From positions 5,084,001-5,148,000 of the forward strand of contig CM030333.1 in the NCBI GenBank assembly GCA_017654855.1: 64,000 nt of DNA. Direction: 5' to 3'. This DNA is from Podospora anserina (lineage: Eukaryota). The notes under the pieces were generated by a model. It was not told the DNA's origin, did not search any database, and saw only the letters and a list, made by a program, of their open reading frames with translations. A program made the translations under genes and the position numbers. Of the stretch, positions 1-12,103 are shown in pieces. The stretch's first letter is position 1; the number at the start of each line of letters is the position of its first letter.

Positions 1-694
1 CTCACGGCGGATTGCGAGATGCCCGTGTAGGTGACCTGCTCGCCTTCCTTGTCCGGCTTGAACTTCTTGATGGCGAACTCGCCTGGTTGGCCATGGCGAC
101 CATGAGCCTTGTAGACACGGCCATAGGTGCCACTGGAAATGAAACCAATGACTTTGTATTTGTCTGTTACTCGCACTTTGCTCTGATACTGGATGGGTCC
201 TCCCCGGTCACCTGGGTCTATTGTGAAGTGTTAGTCTTGTGTTTTGTCACAGGTCCGATGAAAACTGACAGGATGATGTCCTTTGCTGCTGCTGCTGTTG
301 CTGGTAGCTGACTTCAGCTCTCAAATTTCGGGCCGGATTCATGGCGTTGACAAAATTGTTTGATCTGATATCACCAGCAGCGCTGGCAACGGCAAAAGAA
401 GGGTTGGGGTGGTTCGGAACAGCAGGGGCATAATGGTGGGGGTGCGGGTGCATAAAGGCGGCGGTTGACGACGACGTTGAAGAAGATGAGGATGAGGCTG
501 ACAGCGATGTGAGACCAGGCCTGGGGAGATCAACGCCGCCATTGGTGGTCTTGGCGACTACCACGCGCCGCGCTGCAACAGCAGCAGCAGCAGCACTTCC
601 CGCCCTCGCAAGACTAAAACCGCCCCCGCCCACAGCGCTTTGTTGTTGGCCATAGGGAGTGTACTGTGAGTGTTGAAACTGCCGCTGTTGGTGG

Positions 695-746
<52 letters not shown>

Positions 747-837
747 GCTGCTGCTGGTTATTCTGCCGTTGCTGATGTTGATGCTGCTGCTGCTGATGTA
801 CTGGGGCCCTCTGTAGTGGGGTATATCGATTGTCCAT
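1..837 (-). CDS. SSN3: Cyclin-dependent kinase 8 (Mediator kinase Ssn3/Srb10), 5' part; gene continues beyond window start
   Basis: Exon 1 837..270 is Q/H/S-rich; intron 269..218 (GTCAGT...CTAAC...TAG); exon 2 217..1 translates to YKVIGFISSGTYGRVYKA...EFAIKKFKPDKEGEQVTYTGISQSAVR, the CDK8 N-lobe signature. Confidence 0.93.
697..756 (-). repeat. (CAG)3(CAA)17 trinucleotide repeat encoding a Q20 tract in SSN3 exon 1
   Basis: Run of TTG then CTG triplets on the plus strand. Confidence 0.95.
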
Positions 838-1825
838 GGCGAGCAATGCCACCTTTCTGCTCTGGACTGCCTTAAGATATCTGGCCCATGGATGGAGAAC
901 AGTGAAGTGGACACAACCAAATTAATGTCAAAAATACTGTTTTTGACGCAGTGACCAACTGAAAAGACACCTATCTGGAATTTGACAAGCAACAGGGAAG
1001 GAAGCTGGAGAGAAGGGGAGCTTGGGCTTCACAGGTCGGATAGCCACCGAATAGGTATCAGAGAGGAGACCCAGCTTCAACTTCCCATTTTCGTTCAAGA
1101 TATCGTCTACGGAAGGGAGGCGAAATATGATGGTGCTAATAATGCTAAAGGAAAGAGACACTACCTACCTTCAAAGCCGGCCTGCACGCTCCTTTTCAAG
1201 GAGGAGCCCATGATGGAATCCTGTGACCGACGAGACGAGTCAGCAACTTCCCGGTGATCTCCCCGCGATCCTGCAGTGGGAATTTCCACCTGAATTTCAG
1301 GGGCCACTGGGGGTGTTAGTGGTCAGAAAACACACCTACATACAACCCGACACAGCCTGCCGTTTGCGCTCCACCGTGTGATGCAGAATGCACCCAATTG
1401 GCGATCTGGCCGGGAAAAGGACCTTGGTTGGAGGCGTCCAAGTTTCGTAGCGAGATTTGCCTGCTCTGCTGCTCCCGTCACCGGTGCCAACAGAAATGGC
1501 CGGGGGCACCATGCGAGAATCAATGCGACGGGTGGTAATTTGGAGATGTTGGGGGAATTCCTGCTCGAGTTCGGGTGATGACATGAGGTTGATTTTCCAA
1601 CAGATGCGTCGATAGAGTCGGGGAGGGGGGGAGATTGATAAGCTTTCTTTTTCTGCAATCATCATACCTACCTCCTGTCCGTCTTGCGTCACTCCGTCAC
1701 CAATGACAAGGCTAGCCGTGGAGAGAAATGCATCCTTTTCATTCACCATGACCTTATAGAAAAAGCAAAATACGCTCGCTACTCCATACACAACAAAACC
1801 ATGCCGTCGGGCCCTCCCACACCCC

Positions 1826-3202
1826 TTATCTCGGCCCGAGCTTCTCCAGGATTCTCGTGCCTTGCTCCTCCCACTCCTGCTTGGAAATCCACATGCTGTC
1901 CTTGTCGGCCATAATGTTGGCCAACACAGCACCACCCAAGAAAACCATGTGCCTTCTCCGCGGCGGGTCTTCTATTCTGACCTTGAACTTGTTCAACCGT
2001 TCCGGGTTCCCTTGCAACACTCTTGTGAGCCAAAGCTGCTTCAACTCCTTCTCAAGGCGTGAAGGAAGACCAGGGTACATGCTGCTGCCACCCGACAATA
2101 CAATAGCCTTGAAGAGGGAGGATCGGACATCCACATCGGCGGCTTGGATGGTGTTGAACAGGAATTCGGCGATACCCGGCTGGTCGCAGTCGACGAGATG
2201 GGGCTGGAACAGACACTCAGGGGCCTCGAATCTCTCGGATCCAACACGGATCACACGGCCGTCAGGGAGTGTGTAGCTTTCAACCAACACCGTTGTGTCT
2301 TCGCTCAATCGCTTATCCAGCTCGAGGTCATAAGAGACATAGCAGAGCTTCTCCTTCATCTGGCGGACCGTTTCGAAATCGGCGGTACGGTTGAGGGCAT
2401 AGCCTCGGCGCGTCAGCAGCGCAATCAGGTTGCGGGTAACGTCGCGACCTGCAACATCGAGGCGGCGCGTGAGATGGTTGAGGACGACGGACTCGTAGAC
2501 GGGAACAATATGCGTAACGCCATCGCCGGAATCAACAACAACACCGGAGCTGAGACCTATTTCCCCCCTCCCATGTTAGCTAACCCCTTGCATGGTGCGT
2601 AAGCCGTAGTCAGGGGTAAACATAAACATACCCTGAGCATAAAGCGCCAGAACAGCTTGAATAGCCACATACACCCCCCCAAACTCGTAGCGCTCAAACA
2701 TGACCTGGCACATCTGCTCCCTGTTCCTCAGCGGGTTGAGCGGTGGTTCGGTGAGCAGGATCTTGCGGCCCCGGGTATCAACCTTCATTTTTTCGTAAAA
2801 GGTGTAATCCCAGAGATGCTGCATGTCGTCCCACTTCTTCACGATACCGTTCTCCATTGGGTACGAAACTTGCAGCATGGTGCGGGCGGCAGCAGCCTCG
2901 TCACCACACATGATATCCTTGATAACCATATCGCTGCCTCCTTGCTCCTCGGTACGCAGGATGGGCCGGCCGACGATGGATGGGTATTGGAACTCGGGGA
3001 AATTCTGGGCGGCATAGCCGACTTTGAGAAAGCCTGTGCCGCCATCGAGAACTGTGAAAATAAAGGCGAATGGTGGTCAGTCGAGGGATCATGGTTGATA
3101 GCTATGTCGAGCTGCCTAGCTTGGGCGTCGAGCAACTGGCAGTGCCAACCAGGCTACGCGGTTTCTGGAATTGAACTTACCTATTGGAGCTTCGTTCGCC
3201 AT
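1826..3202 (-). CDS. ARP2: Actin-related protein 2 (Arp2/3 complex)
   Basis: Exons 3202..3181, 3051..2632, 2556..1826. Motifs [74 protein letters not shown]. Confidence 0.97.
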
Positions 3203-3761
3203 CTTGACTCTCCTGCACTTCGTGTATGAGCCGAGAAATCGAATTTGATGGTGGTGTGTGTGCTCAAAAAAGCTGGAAGGGGTGCGCAACGGAGCTGTCG
3301 GTCAAGTCGGTGTTGATGATGCTTGGTTGCTTGCGCGGCGGAGACGTTGATGGTGGGGTTGGCTGCCAGGAGGTCCACGGGTGTCTGGCTGCGGTGAGGC
3401 TGGCACTGGCCGCCAGCAAGGAAGGGGGTGCCCCACAGCATCCAACTGTGGCTTGGCCCATGACAGGACAGACAAGGGTCGCTTCATCAGGAGGCACACG
3501 TGATACCCCGCATTGGCACCACTCGCCCCTCTCCATCGATTGGAGGGACCGATTGTCGGCGGCTTCCGTCGTTGGCTAGTAGATATACCGTTTCGTCTGC
3601 AGGTGATGTATTTGACTTGACCCTCCCATTCTCTCTGGATCCAAATGGGAAATTTTACTCAACACGAATCTCTAGATCTCGCCGGGGCTGTCATTCTGCG
3701 AATTCATCTAGACTTTGGTAACCATCTCGATATATCTAGAGACTACGATACCACAGCCACC

Positions 3762-4601
3762 ATGTCAACCGCTTTTGTTAGACGCACCACCAAGATTTTG
3801 ATCTTGAACCCCAACTCCTCTGCATCCATGACCCATGGGGTTGAGGAGGCCATTCGGGGTATAAATCTACCTTTGGTATGTGCATGCCACTTGACCTATG
3901 TTCATGGAGTATACCGCGTGCCCAAATCTCTAACAGTGCAGAACCAGTCGACCGAGATTTACACCTACACAGCACCACCAGCATCTCCAGCATCCATCAA
4001 CGACGGTGATGACGTGCAGCAGAGCGCAGACGTTGTTCTGCGCAACCTCCAAGAGACGGGCATCCTCAAGGAATATGATGCCGTACTGGTTGCTTGCTAT
4101 TCCGTGCACCCTCTGGTCCATCTCATCCAGGAAAACTGGCCCCATCTTGCTGTGACGGGCATTTTTGAAGCGAGCATCGTAACGTCGCTGTCACTGCTGC
4201 CCTACCAAGACAATTGGGGCATCGTCACGACCGGGAAGTTCTGGCAGAAGCACCTGTCTGACGGCGTGCACCACTTCGTTGGAAGTGAAAACAGCAACAG
4301 CAGATTTGCCGGTGTCGAGACCACTGGTCTGAATGCTGGGGATTTCCACGGTGGCGTTGACCCTGTCGTGGTTCGACAAAAGCTATGCGAAGCTACGAAG
4401 AGACTGCTGGACCGTGGCGTGCAGGCTGTAATCATGGGTTGCGCGGGAATGGCTGGTCTGGAGGACATCATCAGGTCAGTTGCCACTGAAGGGCGTGGTG
4501 AAGAGGCTGGAAAGAAGTTGCTTGTCATCGATGGTGTCAAGGCTGGGGTTGGCTTGCTTGAACAAATGGTCCGCAACAAGCGCATGTTCCAAAGATCGTA
4601 A
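3762..4601 (+). CDS. DCG1: Asp/Glu/hydantoin racemase family protein (Dcg1-like)
   Basis: ILILNPNSSASMT, VACYSVHPLV, VTGIFEAS, IMGCAGMAG with both catalytic Cys; one intron starting at 3876 (GTATGT) and ending at 3941 or 3947. Confidence 0.88.
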   Translation: MSTAFVRRTTKILILNPNSSASMTHGVEEAIRGINLPLVCACHLTYVHGVYRVPKSLTVQNQSTEIYTYTAPPASPASINDGDDVQQSADVVLRNLQETGILKEYDAVLVACYSVHPLVHLIQENWPHLAVTGIFEASIVTSLSLLPYQDNWGIVTTGKFWQKHLSDGVHHFVGSENSNSRFAGVETTGLNAGDFHGGVDPVVVRQKLCEATKRLLDRGVQAVIMGCAGMAGLEDIIRSVATEGRGEEAGKKLLVIDGVKAGVGLLEQMVRNKRMFQRS

Positions 4602-4737
4602 CAAAGTTGTTCAAATGTTAGTCTAGGTAGCGGGGGGAAAAAAGGAAAATTGCAGATATAAAGCAAACTAAATGCCCAGACTCCAAACTCCCAACTTGCT
4701 TGCCATACCTATACCTATGGTCCATTGCAACATCCAA

Positions 4738-6342
4738 TCAGTCGACCCTTCTCGTACGGCCCCAGACCTCGTCTGCATCCTTCCGCCCGCGAGTTTCGGG
4801 AACACGGCCGCTCACAAATGCGGCCCATAGAAGGGCAAATCCTGCAAAGATAAAGTACACCCAACCGGCACCACCGAACGCATCGTTCAACGCGGCGTTG
4901 ACAATGGGGAACAAGTACGCCACGAGGAAGGTAGCCACGTAGCTTGCACCCAGAGCCCAGCTTTGCGTCGCCCCCACAGCCTCCGGGCCCACGAGCTCAG
5001 AGGCCATGATGAACGGGACTGGGCCTAGGCCGACAGCGAAGAAGGCCACAAAAAATAAGACGGCAATGGCAGACAAGATCTTGACGTCGAAATGGATCGC
5101 AAGAGCCAGGGCTAAAGAGCTAGTACCTTGTCCCATAATGGAAGTCAGCAGGCAGGTCTTGCGTCCAAAACGATCGGGAAGAGGGGATGCAGCCATAGTA
5201 ACGCCGAGGTTGATGATGGAGATGACGATGGTGAGCAAAGCTGAGCTGATGGGGAGAAGGTCCTTGAGCAGCGAAACGGAGTACATGATGATGGAGTTGA
5301 TGCCGCACAGTTGCTGGGCGAACATGATGCCTACAACCGCAATGATGGCGGGCCTGGTGAAGGGATCACGAAGGACTTGTAGAAACCCAAGATGTACCCG
5401 AGGGGAGTGCTGGGCACCAGCTGATGGCGTCAAGAGTCCAGAGGCGTCTGCCGAGGTGCTTTCATTGCTGACAAGCAGCGCTTCCTCCTCACTAGTTGGC
5501 TTGCTGGCCCCTTGGCCCCAACTTTCCACTTCCTCGTCAATGTTGCTAACCCTGCCGCGAATGCGCTGCAGAACACGCCGAGCGTGGGTGACGTCGCCCT
5601 TGGCACTAGCAGTCCAAGCTGGGCTTTCGGGGAGAAGAGCCAAACCAAGACCTTGAGCAAGAGCAATGATAACGCCGGTGCCCATAATCCATCGCCAAGC
5701 ACTTCCATAACTCAGGAAGAAGCCCAGAGTTTGAGTGAACAGAATACCGACGTTGATGCTGATTTGGGTGAAGGCGCCAAAGAAACCTCTCTGTGTTGGT
5801 GGTGCCACTTCACTGATGTACAAGGGAACGATGACAGTGCTGGCGCCGGCCCCAACACCCGTGAGAAAACGGCCAATGATCATGGTGGGAACAGAGCCTG
5901 CAGAGGTTTCGACTATGGATCCAAGCAAGTAAAAGGCGGCCGTCAATTGCATTGGGAGCTTGCGCCCGCGTGCCGACGTAAAAGGGCCGGATGTGAGGGC
6001 GCCGAGAAGGCCGCCGACGGTGAAGACGGCCGAGATGGCGGCAAAGTCGGAACGGCTCATGGGAATACAGTCCACAACATCGTCGGATGAGCTACTCTTG
6101 GTAATAACAAGGGAGGCCAGCTGCTGAAGCGCCGAAATGCTTTTCTTTTGGCAGGTGATAACATCTTCAGGTGCGTTGAGCTCAGCCTATGGAGATGATG
6201 AGAATGGTCAGTAACTCGGTTTGATGTAGCTTACAACGTCAAAAGAGCTTACCAAGTGAAAGCCAAACTGGAGGGGCCCAAGGGTAGCAGTCAGTATCAG
6301 TATCACCAAGAACGGCGTGACTTCGTGGAGAGCGGACGCCAT
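4738..6342 (-). CDS. MFS sugar-porter family transporter (Vps73/Ybr241c-like)
   Basis: Exons 6342..6253 and 6186..4738; motifs LGPLQFGFHLAELN, GRFLTGVGAG, PLYISE, PESP, QQLCGIN, DRFGRK, PETRG; many hydrophobic helices. Confidence 0.9.
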
Positions 6343-7387
6343 GGTGCCACAAGAATACGGGCGTGGGTATCCAAGAGGTTTGGTGTGCTCTCTGATTGTA
6401 ATATAGGAGGATTCTTCTGCTAGCTGGGGCACATGGTGCGACGAGGATAGTGATGGCGTTCAAGCAACCTGGCTGCGATGGTTGTTTGGGTTGGGATGTC
6501 GTGGTCCAGACCGCTGCTGACAGCTAGAGCTCTAGAAGCAAGGGACGGGAAGCTGGGGAAGTGGGGCGAAGACCCAGGGCTGTCCCGGCTGAATGGTGTA
6601 GGAACAGGGGCTTCGATACTGGTTTAATTGCATACAGTGTCTAAATGCATATCCCGCGCATCCATCACCACTCCATCCTTCGAAGTGTCGAAATTGAGGT
6701 ACTATGTATGCCCAGGAGGTAAAATTCCAATCTCCAGATGATCCATATAAGCCTGTCTCCAGAATCACACAGCGAGGTCTACTGGGGATATCTACACCTA
6801 CGAACTTTCCGCCAACATCGCGACCTGTTTGCTGTAAATTTGCCAGTCTCCTTCGGCAATTGACGGCTTAGATGATTGTTAATGCTCCGATATAAAGCAA
6901 GGCTCGACTCCATTCCGTCGCGCTGCGAGCTTCCGCCTAAAAGCCGACGTTGCTCAGCTCAGCAGCTTGCATGCTCGACGTCATTTCTCACATGGAAAAG
7001 AGTCTGCCTCGTATGCTGCTGCAAGGCCCGTATCTGGAGAGGCAGCACTGCTTCATACGGAAAGTGAAACCGAGGAAGAGGAAGGGATAATAACACAATG
7101 CTCATCATCGTTTGCTGTGTCCTCCGATGGCACCGGGAGCCTGGTGGATCATGAGTCGGCAGGAGTCGCCGAGGCCGGTTCTTCACGGGAAGGCGGGGCA
7201 TCCGGTAGGTAGTAGCTTTGCTGCATCTCGAAACGAACGAAATGAGGGGCCCGATTGACGTGCGCCTTTCACGATTCACATATAAAGCTGTAAAAAGCCG
7301 CACCCTCTTCGAAAAGGCATCTCCAGAAACATAATATCAACCATAGCCTTGAGATATACATTGTAGGACACAAAGTAATCCTCCATC

Positions 7388-8409
7388 ATGACCTTCACAC
7401 CAACCCGAATTTTGATCTTTGGCGGGACCGGCACCATCGGCTCCTACATCACGACGTCCCTGCTCCGTGCCCAGCCCCCGTTCCCTCAAATCACGCTCTT
7501 CACCTCCCCCGGGACCGCCGAAAAGAAGGCATCTCAGATCGCGAAATGGAAGTCGGATGGTCTCTCGGTCATTGTTGGTGACCTAACTTCATCCGCCGAC
7601 GTCAAGTCCGCATATCAGTCTTCCCAAGCAGACACAGTCATCTCAGCAGTTGGGCGCGGAGGTCTTCAGCACCAGATCGAACTGCTGCGTCTGGCTGAGG
7701 AGTCCAACACTGTCCAGTGGTTCTTGCCGAGCGAGTATGGCACTGATATTGAGCACAACGACAAGAGCCCTGATGAGAAGCCCCACCAGTTGAAGCTCAA
7801 GGTGCGGAAATACATTAGAGACGAGCTAAGGAGGGTCAAGGTGACATATGTGGTCACTGGGCCGTATTTCGATATGTGGGTTGACACGGCTCCTGGTCTG
7901 GAGTCTGCTGGCGGCTTCAAGCCTGAGGAGAAGAAGGCGTGGATTATTGAGGATGGAGAGGGCAAAATTGGCTTTTGCACCATGTGGGAGTAAGTCTTTT
8001 TCAATCTTTCACGCTATCAATTGAGAATATCCAACTAACAAGGTGAATCAGTGTGGGCAAGTTCGTTGTTGGAACTCTCCGTCATCCCGAGGAGTCTTTT
8101 GGGAAGGCCCTCAAGGTCCAAAGCTTCATTGTTTCGCCCAACGAAGTTCTGGCCGAGTATGAGAAGCAGACTGGCGCCAAGTGGGAGGTCACCAAGACGC
8201 CCCTGGATGACCTCAAATCTTTGGAAACTGACTTGTGGGCAAAAGGCAATCCTAGGGCGACCAGTGCCACACTCCGACGGATCTGGGCTGAAGGGGGGAC
8301 TTTGTATGAAAAGAACGACAATGATGTGTTGAATGTGGAAGGTTTGGATTCCTTGGCAGATGCTGTGAAGCACGCGCTCGCAGGAGGGTACAAGGCCGAT
8401 ACCTTTTAG
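7388..8409 (+). CDS. NmrA/isoflavone-reductase-like NAD(P)-binding protein
   Basis: IFGGTGTIG Rossmann motif, [13 protein letters not shown]; intron 7990..8051 joins ORFs 7388 and 8053 in frame (TMWD-VGKFV). Confidence 0.9.
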
Positions 8410-8688
8410 GTTACCAGTACCAATATCCTATGAAATGAGAGGAAGTCTAATGAGCATTCTTGTTCTAAGTGGTGGGAGAGTATGGAAGCTTAATTGATTA
8501 GATAGCGGGGTCTCTTATGGCCCCACTACCAATGCACGTTTCTTATTGGTCATCGAGTCCAGCAGTCGCTCCCGGCAGGCACTGTCAATAATTTTCTTCC
8601 ACGCAGGAAACTTTTGAATGAATTGATAACGAAGAGCTGTAGACTCGCGACATCCTCGTCGCAAACAACCCACACCGCAGCATTCACC

Positions 8689-10158
8689 ATGTCTGCCACT
8701 CTTGATGAGGGCGCCCAGCCCGTAACAATCCCAGACAGCCAAAAAGTCGAAAAGAAGCACAAAAGGTCCAAGTCGGAAAAGAAACGCTCGAGAGACGAGG
8801 ACGACGCCGCCGTTGTGGAAGAAACCCCCCGCAAACCCAAAAAGACCAAAAATGGAGATCTCGAGTTGCCCGTGAGGCTAGGGTCGCAAGTTGCGGCCGA
8901 TGAACCCTCGAAAAAGAAGAAGAAGAAGAAGGATCAACTTGGAAATGGCGAGGCGCAAACTGACGAGGTAGTGGTCGACGAGGAAAAGTCGTCCCGCAAG
9001 AAGTCGAGCAAGTCCAAGAAGGAGCCCAAGGAAGAGCCTGAAGATGCCATGCAGATCGACACTCCAGAGAAGTCCAAATCGGAAAAGAAGCGCAAGGAGA
9101 AGAAATCGAAAAAGGACAACCTAGAAACAGAAGCAAACGTTGACGGGCAGGAAAAGAAGAAGAAGAAAAAGAGCAAGGACAAGACCGGGATCGAGACTGA
9201 GACACCGACCCAGGCTTCACACGAGGTTGCCACCGAACTCCCAAGCAGCGACTCTGAATATCCATTCTTCACCCAAACCGTTTCCCTCTACGTGCCCTTC
9301 TACCCTATTGGCTTCGACAAGCCCCTCACCAACGTTGCTGCGCAGCATCTCGACCCCCTCTTGAATCACTACTCACCACTTTTGCGCGGCGTCCTCCTCA
9401 GCTACTCTAATCTCAACCTCTCCGAGCGCCCCGCCAAGGCGAGTATCACCAACCCACCCACCGACGAGACTCCCGCCTGGCTGCACTCAGTCGACGAGTA
9501 TGCCGTAGGCTTCGGCTGGCTCACTTTTGACGCCCAGCTGTTCGTGCCATCGCGAGGCAAGTGGATGGAGGGTGTGGTGCAGCTCCAGAGCGAAGGCCAC
9601 ATTGGCGTGGTGTGCTGGAACAAGTTCAACGCAAGCATCGAAGCAAAGCGTCTCCCGCAAGGCTGGAAATGGGTTGACATCTCCAAGGACGATCCGTTTG
9701 CCAGGTCGAACAGCAGCCAACCAGAGACGGACGAGAATGGCGAGGAGAAAGAAGGTCAACAGCAAGAGGAGGAGGATATCCTAGATGGGGAGGAGCTGCA
9801 GGTGGTTGAGCAGATGCACACAACAGGTTACTGGGTCAATGAGAAGGGCCGCAAAGTCGGAGGCAAGCTCCGGTTCCGCATCATGAACTTTGACGTCGGC
9901 CAGGCGGGAGACTATGGATATCTCAGCATTGAGGGTACATGTCTGGAACTGAACGAGGAGCTCGCTTTGGCAAAGGAGGAGCGCGAGTACGAGAAGAGGC
10001 GGCGGAACAAGCAAAACCCGAGCGGGCTCCTCAAGCCGCTATCAAGGCGGGTGCCCGAGTTCAGCATGACCAAGTTTGGCAAGGACGACGAGGAGGAAGA
10101 TGGCACCAAAAAGACTGTCTTGTACAAGGCCAGTCGCCCAGGAACGCCCGATGATTAG
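8689..10158 (+). CDS. RPA43: RNA polymerase I subunit RPA43
   Basis: Lys-rich N-terminus followed by the RPA43 core (QHLDPLLNHYSP..RGVLLSY, QSEGHIGVVCWNKFNASI, LSIEGT); single exon. Confidence 0.85.
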   Translation: MSATLDEGAQPVTIPDSQKVEKKHKRSKSEKKRSRDEDDAAVVEETPRKPKKTKNGDLELPVRLGSQVAADEPSKKKKKKKDQLGNGEAQTDEVVVDEEKSSRKKSSKSKKEPKEEPEDAMQIDTPEKSKSEKKRKEKKSKKDNLETEANVDGQEKKKKKKSKDKTGIETETPTQASHEVATELPSSDSEYPFFTQTVSLYVPFYPIGFDKPLTNVAAQHLDPLLNHYSPLLRGVLLSYSNLNLSERPAKASITNPPTDETPAWLHSVDEYAVGFGWLTFDAQLFVPSRGKWMEGVVQLQSEGHIGVVCWNKFNASIEAKRLPQGWKWVDISKDDPFARSNSSQPETDENGEEKEGQQQEEEDILDGEELQVVEQMHTTGYWVNEKGRKVGGKLRFRIMNFDVGQAGDYGYLSIEGTCLELNEELALAKEEREYEKRRRNKQNPSGLLKPLSRRVPEFSMTKFGKDDEEEDGTKKTVLYKASRPGTPDD

Positions 10159-11300
10159 GTATGGTCTGGCCTGACAATATCGGGTTCGGTGCAGTTGACT
10201 TCTTCGCCATTATCTGCCCGCAACTCGAGGTCGGCTAGGAGTCCAGGATTCTGCTGAGGCATGCATGTTCAACATGTCATCTAGAGTTTATGTTTGAGTT
10301 TTGTTGGCGCTGGAAGATACAGGGTTTGCATGGCAGGGCTCTCAAAACGGGTGTCGCATATAGTAATTCTTTTTGTGGTTATTCAGCTTTTGAAACTTTT
10401 GATATTTGAGTCCGGCTGCGTGACGCGTGGCCGAGGTATTGGCACAACCCGCATGCTCTAGGTCATTACTGTTTGGAATGGGCACACAACCATTGAGTGG
10501 CGGTGGCAGAGTGGCTGTCTACAGTTCCCCTTTATCCGGCCACCCGGATGCAATACATATCAAGACTTTATCCACATACCTCCTGCAGAACTACTCCATC
10601 GGTTGTTTACACCCCACGGCTCGGGCTTGATGAAAACGGCTTAAAATAGCGACGGCTTGAGATTGCTGGGTTGTGCTGTTTCCCTATAGTTGTTCGTGTG
10701 TGAAGATGCCCCGGATCTTGGGCCTAGTGTCCTGGCATTAGGTGCTTGTTTGGTTGTGTAGATATGCTGGTAAACTGACCCTGCACCAGCTGGGCTGAGG
10801 TCCCCCAGTATGACAACAGGCAGTGATTCACTGGACAGTTGGAATAACTAATAACTGTAGCATTCAATGTAGGTATTGTGAATTGAGAATTCGGTGACCG
10901 GGGTAAACCGGTGACATCAGTTGATGAGAGGGCACTGGGTGGGCTTCATGCTTGCTGGACTCTGGTTACCTTATCAGGTGGCCTTTACCTTTTTCATGTC
11001 CCAGGCGGAGGGGTCCGGCACATCTGTCGGTGAACACATTGCAGAACAATTGGCTTTTGTCCCGACTAACAATAGCACAAGACGCCCCATGCTGCCAGAC
11101 CTCGCTTACGGTCCACCCTCTCAGGGTAATATGGGAGAGATAGCAAAACCTGGGTCCTGGATATTGGGTATGATCTCGGCGGTCATTGGGGAGGAGCCCG
11201 GGATATGTAGATGAAGAGTAGGTAAGTATATAGCTGAAGCATGTAATCCAGGATTCCGTCAGAGTTGTCTCCTCGGGATTCTACTATCACGCAAACCAAC

Positions 11301-11797
11301 ATGCATACATCGTTCCTTCTCTCATTTCTTGCCCTCTCAGGGGCAACGTTGGCGCAACGAGGTCGGCCAACGACATTCTTCACAGCTCCCTCTCCTTCAA
11401 GTACTCCGCGTCCGGGTGCAACACAGTCCTTGTACGGACAGTGCGGCGGACAAAACTGGACTGGTCCAAGAATCTGTCCATCGGGGGCTTACTGCAAGAA
11501 CGATGGAAAGTAAGTGCATGAGAAAGAATTCACCTAAACAGAACGGAGGATGCTGACAGCTACTACAGCATGTGGTACGAGCAGTGTGTGGCCATTGAAA
11601 CCTCTACCAGGCCTTCAGGCAACCCTGCGGTCACTACTAAAACTATAACGACGGTGATCACCATTGGTGGTCCTACCCCAACGGTTGTGTCGACTCGGGT
11701 CACATACTTGACTCCAAGACCGTCGTCTACTACGCCTTCGGTGGTGACGATAACCTTGGTACCGGATGATCCATGTGATCACGAGATTTGGTGCTGA
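11301..11797 (+). CDS. Small secreted CBM1-containing protein without a catalytic domain (~145 aa)
   Basis: Signal peptide MHTSFLLSFLALSGATLA; intron 11510..11568; CBM1 [35 protein letters not shown]; Thr/Pro-rich tail. Confidence 0.88.
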
Positions 11798-12103
11798 TAG
11801 GGGCTTAGTGGAGGAAAGGGGGTCCTGTGTCTTGGGTATCTTGAAGTTGATATTGACATCTCTGAAATGATACCAGAAGAATATCACACTTGTTACTAAC
11901 ATTGTTTTGTTTGTTTCCATGGATGGTAAAATGGGACAAAAGTGAATGTCTGCAGGCGCGGTTGGTGTATTGTGTCTACCCTCTGCTACATGACCTACCC
12001 CAATACAATCCCACATGTGCCCTAAAGTAACCGAGACGAAATCCCCAGTGAAAACCAAGCCAAAGTTGAGAAACGCCAGATATGAAGACCCATACATGAT
12101 CAC

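Noticed and set aside
558-992. Poly-Asn and poly-Val ORFs
   Set aside because: Alternative frames of the CAA repeat in SSN3.
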